Shown one piece after another: positions 1-15,473 of a DNA stretch of 64,000 nucleotides. Source of the DNA: Octopus sinensis (lineage: Eukaryota). A program made the translations under genes and the position numbers. A model generated the notes under the pieces. It ran no database searches, was not told the DNA's origin, and saw nothing but the letters and a program-made list of their open reading frames with translations. Position 1 is the first letter of the stretch, and each line of letters opens with the position of its first letter. The stretch lies in the NCBI RefSeq assembly GCF_006345805.1, contig NC_042997.1, positions 177,692,001 through 177,756,000 of the forward strand, given 5' to 3'.

Positions 1-85
1 ATATGTGTGTGCGTGTGTGTGTGTGTACGTATGTGTGTGCATGTGTGCAAGTGCGTGTGTGTATGTCTGTACGCATGTATATATA

Positions 86-194
<109 letters not shown>

Positions 195-340
195 TACAGG
201 TGGTGCAATTAAGTTAGACATGGCCTGGACCAATCTTTGGTAACATATCTAAGTTTACCTAAGTTTATATATAATATATATATATAATACATATGATATA
301 CATATATATAATATAACATACGTAACATGATATATGTATA

Positions 341-418
<78 letters not shown>

Positions 419-637
419 CGTGTGTGTGTGTGTAGGGTGAGATTCTGTGCATATACAAATGTGCATGTGTATGTTCGACAGTGCGAGTGTATGTCTAATA
501 CTGAGAATGCCATCGTGTCTTTGTGTGTATATATATACATAACATATATGCATGCATGTAATATATAAATATATATATATATATGTATGTACCTATATAT
601 ATTATATATATATATAATATATATGTATGTATGTACA

Positions 638-671
<34 letters not shown>

Positions 672-984
672 CATGTATATATATATGCATATATGTATGC
701 ATATGTGCATGTATGTATGTATGTATGTATGTATGTATGTATGTATGTATGTATGTATGCATGTATATTGGTGCATCTGTTTGTGTCATCCTATCAAACA
801 TCAAATAGGCTTAAGCTGGCAAAGTTTCAGAATCTTTCATGATTCTTTCTCATTATTTTCATTCTCTCTTTCTCTCCCCATCTCTATCTCTCTGTCTCTA
901 TGTCTCTCTCTCTCCTTTTTTCTCTATCTCTCTTTCTCTTCCCTTCTTTCCCCCTCTCTCACTGAATATGTATACCCACATTCT

Positions 985-1064
<80 letters not shown>

Positions 1065-1278
1065 TAAACAAACAGACAGATACAATATATACGGATATAT
1101 ATATATATATATATATATGCGTATGTATATATAATGTATATAATGTGTGTGTGTGTGTGTATATATATATATAATGAAACATTGATCATAGACAAACATG
1201 AAATTCAAGTCAACGACTTTATATATACACCATACCTCCAAACATATAATATATATACATATAATATATAATAGTATA

Positions 1279-1316
<38 letters not shown>

Positions 1317-1422
1317 TGTTTGTTTTTTTGTATGTATGTATATATACATATATATACATACAAAAATATATATGTATGTATATATATAATAATATATACA
1401 TACATACATACATATATATATA

Positions 1423-1468
<46 letters not shown>

Positions 1469-1495
1469 TATATATATATATACACATATATATAT

Positions 1496-1539
<44 letters not shown>

Positions 1540-1556
1540 ATATATATATAATATAT

Positions 1557-1687
1557 GTATGAGTGTGTGTCTGAGTATATGTATATATTTGTGTGTTGTG
1601 TATCTATATGATGTTCTTATGAAAATATATATACCTTTACCCACGAATATATATATATATATATTATATATACACACACACAAACAT

Positions 1688-1741
<54 letters not shown>

Positions 1742-1881
1742 GTATGTATGTTTGTGTGTGTGTATATATATTATATATATATATATTCGTGGGTAAATGT
1801 GTATATTATATTTTCATAAGAACATCTATATAGATACACACACACACACAATATATACATATACTCAGACACACACTCATA
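1557..1881. repeat. Inverted duplication (~130-bp arms) centred on a (TA)n tract
   Basis: gtatgagtgtgtgtctgagtat...tttacccacgaat at 1557-1650 is the reverse complement of attcgtgggtaaat...atactcagacacacactcatac at 1785-1881. Confidence 0.85.
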
Positions 1882-2967
1882 CAAACCACATACACATACG
1901 CAGAGACTAGAGCAGTGCATACGAATAAAGTGACAGAGACAGACAGACGAAGACATAGAAATCGCACAAAAACAAACAAAAACAAAATGGAAGAAGAATT
2001 TAGTTTACAAGATGTTTGTGCTTGTATTTTTCTCGACTGTTCGATAATCTGCAAGTATCTACGTGCTTCAGGTGAACGATGTCAGAACGCCACAATATCA
2101 AAAGTTCAAGTGAGAACAACATTCACGCACATATAGATACATACACACACAGATAGACACGTCAATACCTTCTGAGAGAGATGTAAAGAGAAAACACACA
2201 CACACACAAATATATATACGAAAGCTAAATACGATTTTATATAATCCACAGTTCTCGGAGGAAGAGAAAAAAAAACAACAACACATTATGACATTTTAGC
2301 GTTAAGTAGACACGTTATAAACTAGATTTGCCGTCACATGTCTCAGTTGCATCTATTAATCGGCACACGAGCTACATACATTACAGTTGTCAATCAAATC
2401 TTTACTGCGATGCCACGAACAGCAATATGGTATAAATAGACTCATCAAAACACTTGATAAATTAATTTATTTGCTGCTTTGTTATGTCAGTGTCTAGCGT
2501 ATTCAGTCAGATGAGATGTATAAATATTTGTTCAATTAAGAACTCGTTAAACTGCGAACAATTTCATCTATTTATGAGTTATTTGATTTGTTATCTTTTC
2601 CTTACAACTATTGCAACCAATTATTTCTTCCTATTGTGAGACAAGTTGTCTACCATGATCCCTCTTTTATTTTTATATTTTTTTATTTTTATTTTATTCG
2701 ATTTTTTTGTTGCTTTTTTTTTACATTTTATTAACGTCTGCAAATGTTCGTGAGACAGTTATCGCTTAACTGATTTTGCAGCACGTTTGATTTTTTTTTT
2801 CAATAATTCTTTGTAGTAATTTTTTTCTTTCTTCTAGCATCCGTGTTTTATATTATTAAAGCCAGTAGCAGAGAACTGGAGTTGGTTTGTGTAACAAATA
2901 TAAAAGGTATATGATATATTACGTCTTTGGTACACAACAAAATATTTTGTTTTCACATGGGGTATCT

Positions 2968-3273
2968 GTGGAGGCACATGGCCTAGTGGTTAGAGTAGCT
3001 GACTTGCGGTCGAGGGAGCACGAGTTCGAGTCTCAGACCGGACGATGTGTGTGTTTATGAGCGAAACCCCTAAGCTCCCCGCGGCTCCGGCAGAAGGTAA
3101 TGGCGAACTTCTGCTGACTCTTTCGTCACAACTTCTCACTCTTTCCTCCTGCATCTTGCAGCTCACCTGCGACTGACCAGCGTCCCGTCCAGGTGGAGAA
3201 CCTATACGCCAAAGAAACCGGGAAACCGACCTCATGAGCCAGGTGTGACTCGAGAAGGAACAAACAACAACAA
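2968..3273 (+). mobile_element. tRNA-derived SINE, head type H1 with tail T1 and (CAA)n end
   Basis: A-box tggcctagtggtt and B-box gagttcgagtc; body shared with the 5147 and 60471 copies; tail gaaaccgggaaaccg...aacaacaacaa. Confidence 0.85.
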
Positions 3274-3667
3274 TAGTGTATCTAAGAGTGGTAGGTGGTT
3301 GCCAGTTTAATGGACCCTATCTCTTCCTAAAGTTATATAAATGGAAAGAACTGAACCTTTCGCTAATAATCAAGTGAAAACATTCGTCAAATTTACAATT
3401 CTCTTTTTTTTTTCTTCTCTAATACAGTGCTCTATACTTTAATAACCGTTTGGTGCTGTACTGCAAAACTGGCTAAATTTACAGCTCTAATAGCATATTA
3501 AATTTTCCTACAAGTAGAGGTTAATGCCCCGATAGTGTATTTATGATCATCGCAAAAATAAAAGATAAAGTTGAACTCAGCAAGTTCAGGAATAAATACA
3601 GCAACTCTCTAATGACTTTTCCAGTTCGTCGCTTTAGTGCAGTCTTTTTTTAATTATTTACAGCTAT

Positions 3668-4010
3668 AAGGTGGCGAGCTGGCAGAATCCTTTGTGTATC
3701 GGCCAAAATGCTTAGCGGCATTTCTTCCGGCTTTTTTACGTTCTGAGTTGAAATACGCAGAAGTTAACTTTACTTTTCATCCTTTCGAGGTCATTGAAAT
3801 AGAGCGCCAGTCAAATATTTGGTTCGATATAGTCGACTAATCCCGACCCTAAAATTGCTGGCCCGGTGCCAAAATTTGAAACCTTCTGTGTACAAATTCC
3901 ACTGAGGTCGACTTTGCCTTTCATCTTTCTAGGGTCGATAAAATAAAGTACCGGTCAAATACTGGGGTTAATGTAATCAACTAATCCTTCTCCTAAAAAG
4001 ATTACTAGCC
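3668..4010 (+). mobile_element. SINE family A, one copy plus a partial second copy
   Basis: aggtggcgagctggcagaatc head and gactttgcctttcatc...gggtcgataaaataaagtacc core. Confidence 0.75.
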
Positions 4011-5146
4011 TCCTTCGAAAATTTTACACAATTTTTACAGCTGTCGTTTAGTTTCTCCTATAAATTTCAATTGTCAAGGAACTAAGTCTACCATCTGTTT
4101 CCAATTCACAATCATTTCTCTTGTGTAACATAGTGTACTAAGATAACGTATTATACTTTATAATCCTAAAACGTTGTACTTAACACACTGTTTATGTATC
4201 TTATCTTACTGCCGTCATCGGAGATTTAACTGTAAATATAGCTTCCTAAAATACCAACAAACTTAGAGCAGATCTCAATTAATTAAATCGACTATCAACA
4301 ATATTCGAATTAACAGAAGCATTATCGGTCGGATAAAATGGCTGGCGACATTTTTCTGACTCTCCTCCCGGAGTTCAAATCCCGTTGAAGTCAACTATGT
4401 TTGTCATCTTTTCGGGGTCGATAGAAAAGTACCCATAGAGGTCAGTGGATTGATATTTTGATATGTGATGGAAAATAACGCCCATTACATGCGGACGTTC
4501 AGTGCAACTTTCTGTACTGCGCTGTCCACCTGATAGGCTGTGGTCTATGGCTTCCTTGTTAACACTTAATCAATTTTCCACAACCATTCTGCCCTATATA
4601 GTTTATGCAACAAGAAACTATATAGTTATGCTCTAGTTATTCTCAACAAGTTAGCTCAACCGGCAATACAAATTTTTATCACACAACAGCCTACAGTCTA
4701 GAGATGGAATACAACATTGAATAATGAAGTTCCACATACCATTAAAAAGACAGGACGGTCAGGGTTGGCATGCCTTTCAACATACGTCAGCTCAGTCAGG
4801 AATAAACTGGGGCTAAAACAACAACCATATCGTTGAAGAGTTAATGGGGAGATCTGTACGGTGTCGCTGGATATGCAAGAAAAAGCAGCCAAATTTCCTT
4901 CGAATTGCACTCTACTGTATTAAAAAAATGAAGGACACATTTGATGATATAGTCCTAGATACACACTGTCTAGAAATAAGAAGAGAAAGTTACTTTTGGA
5001 GCTCTTTGGTTATAAGTCTGCTTACACAGAGCTGACCTGACGTTTATAAAAAGCAACAAAAGATAACAAAATAAACAACAAGGAAATTCTCATCCAATAG
5101 GGATGCAGTCTGAAAACGAAAGGATTAACTTTGATCGTAAGTTTGC

Positions 5147-5435
5147 GGGATGCGCAATGGCCCAGTGGTTAGAGCAACAGACTCGCGGTCGTAGGATCGC
5201 AGTTTCGATTCCCAGACCGAGCGTTGTGAGTGTTTATTGAGCGAAAACACCTAAAGCTCCAAGAGGCTCCGGCAAGGGGTGGTGGCGATCCCTGCTGCAC
5301 TCTTTCGCCACAACTTTCTCTCATTCTTTCTTCTGTTGGCCTGCAGGGTGGCGTCATTTGAAGGCTAAAACAATGCGAAGCGCATTGTGACTAGCGATGT
5401 GTAGCAACATCTGATAGCCTGGTCGGTGACGGTGA
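5147..5435 (+). mobile_element. tRNA-derived SINE, head H1 with tail T2, 11-bp TSD
   Basis: tggcccagtggttagagc A-box; TSD cgtaagtttgc at 5136-5146 and 5436-5446. Confidence 0.85.
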
Positions 5436-6026
5436 CGTAAGTTTGCACAATGTCTGAAAGAAATGAAACGTCACGAGCGGATCGCTTCTGATGATACGTC
5501 TACTCTACGAGATCTAACCAGGGGCTTTAAAAAATACTGTAACAACAAGAAAGAAGGAAAGGCTAATTCTGTAATGTTGTCCTAAATGCCCTATGCGCCC
5601 CCAAAAGAACGGAAGTCATGACTAAACCCCAACTTGATCAGCATACTCGAATCTTGAGACATTCAATCTTAGAGCAAGCTCAGTTCTAGTATACTTTCTA
5701 TGCATTTTAATTTAACTCTATAACTGTTAAATCGAGAAAACTCCTCCGTGTTTATACAATTCTGAGAATAAGGACACCTTATCCTACTCGTTCACATCGA
5801 TTTGAAGAAATCTATCTCTAGTTTAATTCATAAATCGGGAGTTTCGAATGGAATGAAAAATAAGGTAGTCCTTTGATGGATACCTCCTTTTTTTTTGTTT
5901 AAATGTACACTGTATTTATATGAATAATATATAGTCTATTGACTAAATTTTTTACACGCTAGGCCACTTGTAATGGAAATTTCTAATATTTCAGATTACC
6001 CTTTGATATTATATATACATATACGT

Positions 6027-6163
<137 letters not shown>

Positions 6164-6252
6164 CATATATAAGTTTATCAATTTAAGTACACATATTTAT
6201 ATGCGAGTGTATATTCATATATACGTGTATTCCTGTATACATATAAAGCATA

Positions 6253-6630
6253 CACTACCGTCAGAAATTAATTAGCACCCTTGATTTGCTCTTCACTCAA
6301 GGTATGTGCTGTCACCTAGTGGCCATATCTCGAACTATTGCTTTGTTGCGAGTTCACTGTTGCGCAGAACGATGACGTAACTTTGTTCGCAGAGCAGTTT
6401 GAGAGTCTACAGCCTTATGATGTTGACATAGCAGTGCAACAACAACTTGGAGTGCGGATGCAGACAAATTCCTTTGTTTAATAGATATAGGTAGCGCCTC
6501 GCAAGGACCGAAATCACACCATACTAAGTTTTCTCATCGCGTAAGACGTTTTGAACAGCTCATACGTTAAATGATTTAACCTATTTAATGTAGAAATTTG
6601 AGAAGTGCTAATTAATTTCTGACGCAAGTG
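6253..6630. mobile_element. Tc1/mariner-type MITE, 378 bp
   Basis: 26-bp TIRs cactaccgtcagaaattaattagcac / gtgctaattaatttctgacgcaagtg with TA on both sides; no transposase inside. Confidence 0.85.
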
Positions 6631-7095
6631 TATATGTATATTTGTGTGTGTATGTGTAAATAATCATTCATATGGACGTACATATATCAATGTATGTACG
6701 TGTATATGAATGTATGTATACATAATGGTGTGTATATGAGTTTTGTGCGTGCGTGCATGTTTATGTATGTATATATGTATGAACGCACGTATGTTTTATA
6801 TCTGCATACATAAATAACATTTACATAGAATTAAGTATATACGGGAGAGAAAAAAAAATCGCATCTTGGCAAAGTTAGACTTCGTAAATCGCGCAGTTTG
6901 TTTAGATTCTTCAGCATAAACGAAGTGCGTATCTTATGAATCTACTTGATCAAACACTGACTTATATATATTACAGCTCTTCCTCGCCCAATACACCGTT
7001 TTTCATTGGTTTCGATGTTTTCTTTAGTTGAGAGCCAAAAACGCAATTGAACATTTGATTAAATTAGGTAGAGGTCGGATAAGAAAAATCCATAT

Positions 7096-7137
<42 letters not shown>

Positions 7138-7148
7138 ACACACACACA

Positions 7149-7212
<64 letters not shown>

Positions 7213-7339
7213 GCATGTGTGTGTGTGTGTGTGCATGTGTTTGTATGTGTGCTTGTCTGCATGCATTTCTGTTTGCATGTGTATATGTATTGTAGATAGA
7301 TAGATAGATAGATATATAGATAGATCTGATGTTTGTGCT

Positions 7340-8105
7340 TGTACACAAAACAGTGCGCAATGCTTCAAGAATTTGAATGTGTTTATACGGATATATGTGA
7401 AAGACCCAAACTAGGGAGGGAATCAATTCACATCAAAAGCTCAGTATGGAAAACCGACAAGTTTTTGGCATCCTACATTGGAGGCTACCACCACGCAATT
7501 TAAGAGCCAAAGGTCTCCAAGTACCTATTGTATAAAAAGCAACAAACTTTGACAAACACCACATGTAAGCTGTGCAAATCTAAAACTAAAGACATTATCC
7601 ACATTATTGTCAGCAGCGAATTTCTTCTGTAAACTATGTTTCCAAGAGGCATGACATAGTGGCTAGAACAAGAATAATCTGGAACTTGTATGAGAAAAGA
7701 AAATGCCATCAAATAAAGTTGACTTTATTGAGACCGATGGCTCAAAAGAATATTGGTGCGACTTAAAAATAAAAACAGTCACTAAGTTAAAACAAAACCG
7801 ACCAGATATTAATGTGTGGAACCACAAGAAAAAACATGCTCTGCTGTGGAAACCAGCTATCTTCCGGACACCAGTGTGGTCAGGAAAATTCAGACGAATG
7901 AGAACGCCATTTATAAGGAGTTTGGAAAACCGGTAGCTAAGACATACTTTCAGCTTCATACATACAAACAAGATGTCTACGAAACCGCCTAAAGAAAAGT
8001 ATGGCTGAAGTTGAGTATGGCATAGAATGCAACTCATTAATTCATACGCTACAAATAATCACATCTGGGACTATAAAAATCTGCAAAACCGTCTTAAGAT
8101 TTAAG
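7340..8105 (+). pseudogene. Decayed 3' part of an RLE-type (R4/Dong-like) non-LTR retrotransposon ORF
   Basis: Zinc knuckle CKLCKSKTKDIIHII, then RHD, EYWCDLKIKTVTKLKQNRPDINVWN (PD-(D/E)xK nuclease) and C-terminal [15 protein letters not shown]; frameshifts and stops. Confidence 0.8.
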
Positions 8106-8171
8106 TATGTATGTATGTATGTATGTATGTATGTATGTATGTATGTATGTATGTATGTATATATCTATCTA

Positions 8172-8242
<71 letters not shown>

Positions 8243-8251
8243 TATATATAA

Positions 8252-8314
<63 letters not shown>
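8106..8314. repeat. (TATG)n + (TA)n microsatellite
   Basis: Direct reading. Confidence 0.95.
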
Positions 8315-8315
<1 letters not shown>

Positions 8316-9024
8316 AAATCCTGAAGTAAAATTTCTATCGATGCAAAAAATATTTCTCTGTGTAAAATGTTGAGAAAAGGCTCAATGAGCTGAACAAAAA
8401 TTTCTAACTCAGAGAATTGCTACGTTAAATGTCTCATGCTCACATGTAATTAGCGCACTACAAGCTTATTTTTATGCATATGATCAAGTACACGTCGACA
8501 AACATTAATATATCATACCCAATGTATGTGTGTTTTTAGCAAGATAGTAGCAATGACAAAACATTTTATCGGCTTCATCAAGGCAATGCATTAACAAATA
8601 TTCAACCCAGAAAATAGAGTTAAAAATATACAGAGTCAGACAGAACCGAAGAGGCTTATTCAGTTACTGTCAGTCTGAGCTGTTTTTTTTTTCTTTTCTT
8701 TTTTTTTTTCGTTTTTAGTTTAAATACCGTTATCATTAATTTTGTCTTTCATCCCTTCCATGACGATATAATAAAGTACCACTGAAGCACTGAGATCGAT
8801 GAAGTCGACCAATGCCCTTCTCTCAAAAATTGAGATGTGCTGACAAAATCGTTAAGAGCGTCGTAAAAATTGCTCTGCGGAGTTTCTTCCGGCTCTTTTT
8901 CGTTCTGGTCATATTTGCCTTTCATCCTTTCAAGGTCGATAAAATAACTATCAGTTGAACTCTGAAATCAATGTAATCGATTACACCCTTAACTGAAATT
9001 GTTGGTCTCGTGCAAAAATTTTAG

Positions 9025-9095
<71 letters not shown>

Positions 9096-9129
9096 TATTA
9101 TTATTATTATTATTTTACTATTATCATTA

Positions 9130-9340
9130 AAGGTGACGAGCTGGCAGAATCATTAGCACGCCGAGCGAAATGCTTAGCGGTATTTCATCTGCCACTACGT
9201 TCTAAGTTCAAATTCCGCCGAAGTTGACTTTGCCTTTCATCCTTTCGATAAATTAAGTACCGGTTGCGTACTAAGGTCGATCTAATCGACTGACCCCCAC
9301 CCCAAAGATTTCAAGCCTTGTGCCTACAGTAGAAAGGATT
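9130..9340 (+). mobile_element. SINE family A (ATT-tailed subtype) following a (CAT)n(TAT)n tract
   Basis: aggtgacgagctggcagaatc...cttgtgcctacagtagaaaggattatcatt. Confidence 0.85.
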
Positions 9341-9354
9341 ATCATTATTTTTTT

Positions 9355-9820
9355 ATACTTTCAATCGTCATGTGTGTTACAGTTTCTTATTGCTCTAGCT
9401 TGATCCCATAGTCTCTGTTCCGTGAGTTGAATCAACCCCTTTTCTTTCCAATGATCATACATACGTTGTCAGTAACCCCTAATTTGAGAACCATTTTCAT
9501 CTACCGGGTTGATCAGGTAGTAACACTTCATGACCACAACATTAATTTGGTTGCTCCATCTACGTCGTGTATGGTGGTACCTTTCTGAATATCGACAGGC
9601 TGGAGCCGGACCAGAATCTCTGAGCCTACCGGGTGTAACACTGTCACCATCAATTGGTTTCAGTTTCATTACCACCGTTATTTATAATATTTTGTTGTTT
9701 CATCGTCACTCATATGAGGTAGCGATTATCAGGTTGCGCAATTACCAGTGTTTTTATTGTGACACCATCACTAGATGTATCATTAATCAGCCCATGGGGA
9801 GGCTCCACCTGTTTCCTTTC
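9355..9820 (-). pseudogene. 5' end of an R4/Dong-like LINE (5' UTR plus N-terminal domain)
   Basis: RRRWSNQINVVVMKCYYLINP...IRGY*QRMYDHWKEKGLIQLTEQRLWDQARAI resembles the Dong/R4 N-terminal motif; starts directly after (AAT)n on the minus strand. Confidence 0.75.
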
Positions 9821-9848
9821 ATTATAATTATCATTATTATTATTATTA

Positions 9849-9884
<36 letters not shown>

Positions 9885-9899
9885 GTTATTATTATTATT

Positions 9900-9930
<31 letters not shown>

Positions 9931-9962
9931 CTGATATCACTGATATTATTGCTTTTATTTGT

Positions 9963-10162
9963 AGGCGGCGAGCTGGCAGAATCGTTAGCACGCCGGGCGA
10001 AATGCTTTGTGGTATCTCGTCCGCCGCTGCGTTCTGAGTTCAAATTCCGCCGAGGTCGACTTTGCTCTTCATCCTTCGGGATCGATAAAAGTAGTACCAG
10101 TTGGTGTAATCAGCTTAACGCCTCCCCCGAAATTTCTGGCTTTGTGCCAAAATTTGAAACCA
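9963..10162 (+). mobile_element. SINE family A (ATT-tailed subtype)
   Basis: aggcggcgagctggcagaatcgttagcacgccgggcgaaatg...gccaaaatttgaaaccattatt. Confidence 0.9.
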
Positions 10163-10892
10163 TTATTATTGTTATGATTGTTGAGAAGAAATCGTCATTA
10201 TCAATAACTTTAGTGTTTGTATAGAAACGAGATTATAGTTGCGTGTGCCGTATGTAAGAAATATGTTTGAATGTGAGTATACGCTTGTATCTGAGAATGA
10301 AAATTGATATTCGTGTGTGTGTACGTGTGTGTGTATAACGACGTATGTATGTATCTCATAAACGAATGTCATTCTTCCTTTTCTGTATTTATTCGATTCG
10401 CCTCTGTCTGACATTAGTCGGCACTCTAATGGATATTATATTTCTTTTATCTTTCCCAATTTATTATACGTATAATAATGTCACTTTGATAAATTCCAAT
10501 GTTTTCAACATCTGAAATAGCAACTAATTAGTAAAGAATATTAGAGGATAGCGAACATTATTTTCTGGTCGAATAAACAAAGGTGAAAAATCTTAACGTT
10601 TATTTCTTCTTAGTTGTCCAAAGCGAAATATTGCTTTCGCCATTGCTTGCGTGTAGTAACTAGCTCACTACGTAAATATGTGTATAAAGCAACAATGACT
10701 ATTGCTGGGGAAAAGCGATTAATTTATAATTTAATTATAAATGGGCGCTGACCGTATATTTGTGTGTAATACAATGATATGTTTCATTATTTCCAATGTT
10801 TTCAACATCAAAAATTGCACCGTTATCGCTTACAGCTTGCTCTACCAGACAATGATGTAAGCTAATCTATATCATTATTATTATTATTATTA

Positions 10893-10947
<55 letters not shown>

Positions 10948-11074
10948 TCACCATATTCAACATACTGTTATTTCTGATGTTACTGGCAACAATATCACAC
11001 AGCCTTTCAATGCATAGTACCACTTTATTATACTTATATATATATTACATACACACATGATGATGATGATGAAG

Positions 11075-11106
<32 letters not shown>

Positions 11107-11137
11107 GACGACGACGACGACGATGATGGTGATAATC

Positions 11138-11610
<473 letters not shown>

Positions 11611-11630
11611 AATAATAAAATAATAATAAT

Positions 11631-11958
11631 GCTCTGGAATGATAGCAAAAGGGGCTGATTGCTACCTAACTCAGATACCAGGAAACCCAAAAATAGCAGA
11701 AATTCAAAAATAGTGTTCATGGGAACTGCTCAATACCTACACAAAATACTTTCTATGTAATCTCAAGTTTAAAACAAACATAATTTTTTTAAAACAAACA
11801 TGTTTTTTTAGACATTCACTAGTACAACACTAAATACAAAACCAAATATATGGCATATTAGGCATAACAACAACATGAACTTCCAACCTGTTGTCTCTTG
11901 AAGTCTCTGGGTGAGACTTGGAGCCAACTTGTACAAATATAAAGCAAAAGTCAAACAT
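11631..11958 (+). mobile_element. 5'-truncated R4/Dong-like LINE 3' end inserted in (TAA)n
   Basis: With frameshifts reads ALGMIAKGADCYLTQIPGNPKIAEIQK-VFMGTAQYLHKILSM*, then a 3' UTR; (TAA)n on both sides. Confidence 0.8.
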
Positions 11959-11998
11959 ATAATAAAATAATAATAATAATAATAATAACAACAACAAC

Positions 11999-12053
<55 letters not shown>

Positions 12054-12084
12054 TAATAATATAATAATTATAATAATAATAATA

Positions 12085-12125
<41 letters not shown>

Positions 12126-12167
12126 TGTGGTGTGTATGTATATATTATAGTAGAAAGGATTATTATC

Positions 12168-12432
12168 ATGACTACTCATCTGATAAGGGTACACCAGGCA
12201 CATGCATCACAACCATATGTGCACGACATGGTGATTTCATATCAAGATAAACACCACATGACCTTCAGGTGGGGCCCAGTTAGAATTTTCTTTAGGTCGA
12301 GTAGCCCACCCCGCTCAAAAGGTCCCTGAATGAGGTTTGTTTAAGGATGATGAACGAAACCTATACACGTTTCCACGTTTCCAGGGGTGATTTATCCAAA
12401 AGTCACCAAAATTCCTCTCAATACATGGCTAT
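12168..12432. mobile_element. Interspersed repeat fragment, family unassigned
   Basis: GC-richer island that I recall as an octopus repeat; no second copy in this window. Confidence 0.35.
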
Positions 12433-13626
12433 ATATAACATGCCGATGCGGGAGGGGTCGGAAACACATGCGTGGCTGGGTAGTTAAAATTTCAGAATCA
12501 TACGGTTGCAGTTTCCATATGATGTTGTATCACATTGGGCAAGAAGTCTTCTACCACAACTTTGAACTTTAAGTCCACCCAAGCCATATGAGAGAAAATG
12601 GATTGAAACCGCACGTAATTCTCAGGGGTGGACTTTATCTCTAATTTAAAGACCCATTTTTATCGCATTATTCGTCACGCTGATTTTGTTAAATGATTAT
12701 ATTAAGGGTACAGCTGTCTGTGGAATATTCAGCCATTACTATGGTTCAATTAGTAATTAGTTCCGTTGATTGAGTTAGCAATAAACTTGTATCCAGTTTT
12801 CATTCCCTGTATCGCTTCACTTACTTCCATAATGCCCCATCCGTAAAACGCAGAAGCTATAACGGCACAAGATTAATTTTTGGAAAGGAAATGAGTTTAT
12901 TTCTATTAAAGAAAATAATCTTGTCAGAATATTCGTCATCTTAATACTGTAATATTATTCATAATATTAGATAAATAAGAAGACTTTGTAGTTACGTTAA
13001 TAATAAAAATTTCGTAGATAAAAGCAGTGGATTGACACAATGTTAATTCACGGTAGATGCAAGCGAATCCCACGGAGATTGACGTTGCCTTTCATCATTT
13101 CGGGTTCGATAAATTAAAGTACCAATCAAGACCAAGTTGTCAAATCAATACAATTGACTGTTCCCAACCTCTAAATGTATGGCCTTGTTGGAACTAACAA
13201 TAATATTTTGTTTGATAGAGAGAAAGAGAGACAGACAAAGACAGAGACAGAGACAGATAGACGGACAGACGAAGGGAGAGAGAGATTTGATTTGATTGAA
13301 GATGATTTTATATCACAAAATAATAGTTTTATTGTATTAGGCACTCAAGTGAAAAGCGCATAATTTTAGAGATAGAAACAAAGAAAGTGGGAAACTTAAA
13401 AGCAAAACAAATTAACAGATGAAGTATTTGAAACAAGTCAGATAATGATTTGTTATTCTTAACGTTAGTTCACTTCTAGAACAAATAACTTAATACGTAT
13501 ACTATTGTTCTTAGTGTTGGGAGATTGACTGTTGTCATTATTGTAGTTGCTTTTCTAGCAGCAGCAGCAGCAGCTGTAGTAGTAGTAGTAAGTAGTAGTA
13601 GTAGTAGTAAGTAGTAGTAGTAGTAA

Positions 13627-13940
13627 GGAGCACTCCGTTGGTTATGACGACGTGGGTCCCAGCTGATACGATCAACGGAACAGCTTGCCCGTGAAATTAA
13701 CGTGTAAGTGACTGAGCAATCCACAGACACGTGTACCCCTAACGTAGTTCCCAGGGAGATTCAGCGTGACACAGAGTGTGACAAGGCCGGCCTTTTGAAA
13801 TACAGGTACAACTCATTTTTGCCAGCTGAGTTACCTGGAGTAACGTGAAACAAAGGACACAACGCGTCGCCGGGAATAGAACTCACATTGAACTTACAAT
13901 CGTGAGCCGAATGCCCTAACCACTAAGCCACGCGCCTTCA
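13627..13940 (-). mobile_element. tRNA-derived SINE family B (head H2, tail T3) inserted in (AGT)n
   Basis: Reverse complement begins tgaaggcgcgtggcttagtggttagggc; homologous to the 43788 and 53206 copies. Confidence 0.9.
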
Positions 13941-13944
13941 CAGC

Positions 13945-13995
<51 letters not shown>

Positions 13996-14000
13996 TGTAT

Positions 14001-14081
<81 letters not shown>

Positions 14082-15131
14082 GTGATGGTGGTGGTGGTGG
14101 TGGTGGTGGTGGTGGTGGTGTTGGTGGTGGTGGTGGTTTGGGTCCTCTAGTCGGCTCTGATCTCGAAGACTTATGACCAAAAGTATTCTGTGATTATCTC
14201 GTTCTTTGTAGGGTATTTTTGTTTCTTCCATGCACTGCGTATATACGATCAGTATTATTCAACATGTGTTTCTTACGTTTAGAAGTGTGTAATTTGAATA
14301 AGACGTGTCTACTTTCCTTGCAAATGGAGGTGACAATATAGATGCTAGCTTATTAATCTTAAAGGTGTATTCCTCTAAACCTACTATTTATTAAGTTGGG
14401 CAAATAGAGAAGCTTATCTCTTTTATATTATCTTTCTAGAGTGCACTGTGACCTTTTTGGAAAGTTGCCTTATCTTGTTGTAAGATATTGAACAAATTGT
14501 TCACAATTTGCTAATCTAAATAATGACGTACACTTTCTCAGTGCACTCGTCTCTTTTATTTAAATTGATTAATTCTACTTATCTAAATGTACAAAGCAAG
14601 CAAACTTCCGTTTAATAGAATAGCATCTTATTTAAGTGAAGGATATCTGACTTACTTGCACTTAACGATAGAAAAATCGGAACTAAGAACTGGTCTTTCA
14701 CTTTTACTGATCCTACCAATTAGGTCTATCTTTGTGAACTTGATGTTTTCGAGCGAATTGTTCGATATCGCTGCTAAATCTTCACCTCTACTCCACTCAA
14801 AAAAAATTAATAAAAGAGCAAAACAGAACAAAGCATTCTACTATCTTTAAAATGGTAATCACAAATTTGAAATCCTAGTTATTACAAATAAATTCACTGA
14901 AGTAAAGAAAAAGAAATTAATTATATGGTCACGTATAGAATAACAAGGTGTCGTTCAATTTGCCTCGCCGGACATCATATAATTTATAGCTGTTCTTAGG
15001 GAATTCCTTCAGAGTTTCTACAACTCCGTAGTCAAAGAATTGCCCATGCAGAGCTGAGTGAAAATTTACTAACAGCGAAAAGTCTGTTGTTATACACACA
15101 TATACACACTTATACATCCATGCAGCTATCC

Positions 15132-15340
15132 ATACAAACATACATACATACATACATACATACATACATACATACATACATGCATGCATGCATACATACA
15201 TACATACATACATACATACATACATACATACATACATACATACATACATACATACATACATACATGCATGCATACATACATACATACATACATACATACA
15301 TACATACATACATACATACATACATACATACATACATACA
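15132..15340. repeat. (CATA)n microsatellite
   Basis: Direct reading. Confidence 0.95.
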
Positions 15341-15473
15341 CACTATCTCACTCACATTTTCAAAATCAATCATCCTTAACTGTGGTGGAGTAAAATTCAC
15401 TATGTAATAGTAATACCGTGTTGAACTCAAATCTAAATCATTGGTGGTTAACTTCGGAAGCTGTCAGACATTT

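Noticed and set aside
209-1500. Long YIYI/MYVC/LSIY ORFs here and throughout the window
   Set aside because: Translations of (TA)n, (TATG)n and (TAGA)n microsatellites.
2968-3045. Functional tRNA genes at SINE heads
   Set aside because: They continue into SINE bodies, lack complete acceptor stems, and several have TSDs.
9690-9775. Possible ribozyme in the Dong-like 5' UTR (CTGATA...GAAAC on the minus strand)
   Set aside because: The core is one base short and I could not close stems I and III.
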